From Halobacillus andaensis (GTDB lineage Bacteria; Bacillota; Bacilli; Bacillales; Halobacillaceae): a stretch of DNA of 24,000 nucleotides. Below the pieces are notes generated by a model. It did not search any database. It saw only the letters and a list, made by a program, of their open reading frames with translations, and was not told where the DNA came from. Below are positions 23,625-24,000 of this stretch, piece after piece. How positions within the stretch are numbered: the first letter of the stretch is position 1; each line of letters begins with the position of its first letter. The DNA lies in the NCBI RefSeq assembly GCF_014636475.1, contig NZ_BMEL01000004.1:496451-520450 (forward strand). Reading direction: 5' to 3'. Both the position numbers and the translations under genes were made by a program.

Positions 23625-24000
23625 CATGAACCAGAAAATCAAGCGTGCTGCAGTGTTAGGCTCTGGAGTTATGGGGGCTGGTATTGCTGCTCACTTGGCG
23701 AATGTCGGAATACCAACTTTGATGTTAGACATTGTACCTCGTGAACTTACGAATGCTGAAAAGGATAAAGGATTGACTCTCGAAGATCCTTTAGTTAGAA
23801 ATCGAATAGCTGCTCAAAATAAAGAAGCTTTAAAAAAACATAAACCTTCACCTTTAACTAGTCAAAAGAACTTGGATTTAATTCAAGTGGGGAACTTCTC
23901 AGACGATATGGAAAAATTGAGTGAAGTGGATTGGGTGATCGAAGTTGTCGTTGAGAATTTGGAAGTGAAGAAAAAGGTTCTGGCTCAAGTAGATCAGCAT
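23625..24000 (+). CDS. fadN: 3-hydroxyacyl-CoA dehydrogenase / enoyl-CoA hydratase FadN, 5' part (continues beyond the window)
   Basis: MNQKIKRAAVLGSGVMGAGIAAHLANVGIP contains the NAD-binding GxGxxG motif. Synteny with fadM supports the call. Confidence 0.85.

Noticed and set aside
1-24000. Mobile elements, CRISPR arrays, tRNA/rRNA genes and defence-system genes
   Set aside because: Reading both strands, I found no transposase, integrase or Cas-like ORFs, no regularly spaced repeats, and no tRNA- or rRNA-like sequence.

Overview
This is a chromosomal segment from a low-GC, spore-forming Bacillaceae genome. Evidence: GGAGG-type RBSs, sspP, yfhD-like and CotF-like spore genes, and fadM-fadN synteny. 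The very acidic exported lipoproteins suggest a halotolerant or halophilic host. I saw no rRNA, tRNA, CRISPR, IS or prophage genes. Gene order: hpaB 3' end; small spore-type genes including sspP; an unknown gene behind a perfect Fur box; remnants of a response regulator and a PepSY gene; a minimal kinase-like protein; a GC-rich non-coding island; divergent TrmB regulator and MFS pump; a LacI-controlled locus (GH133-like glucosidase, ABC binding protein, two permeases, no ATPase, three palindromic operators); yvbH-like; guanidine-I riboswitch with ykkCD; yfhD-like; orphan OpuAC; an aeRF1/VLRF1-like protein; a four-gene overlapping operon; csoR-copA-copZ; two CotF-like genes; fadM; and the FadR-boxed fadN 5' end. 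The best candidate for an undescribed system is the operon at 16523-18609: an ABM protein, a His-rich helical protein, a stand-alone CarH-type B12-binding protein and a PAS-like/coiled-coil/STAS protein. I read it as a possible cobalamin-dependent sensory input to partner-switching or stressosome signalling. Several ORF-track starts are over-extended alternative-start artefacts, and I moved them to RBS-supported ATGs. All family assignments come from reading motifs by eye. No database search was run.
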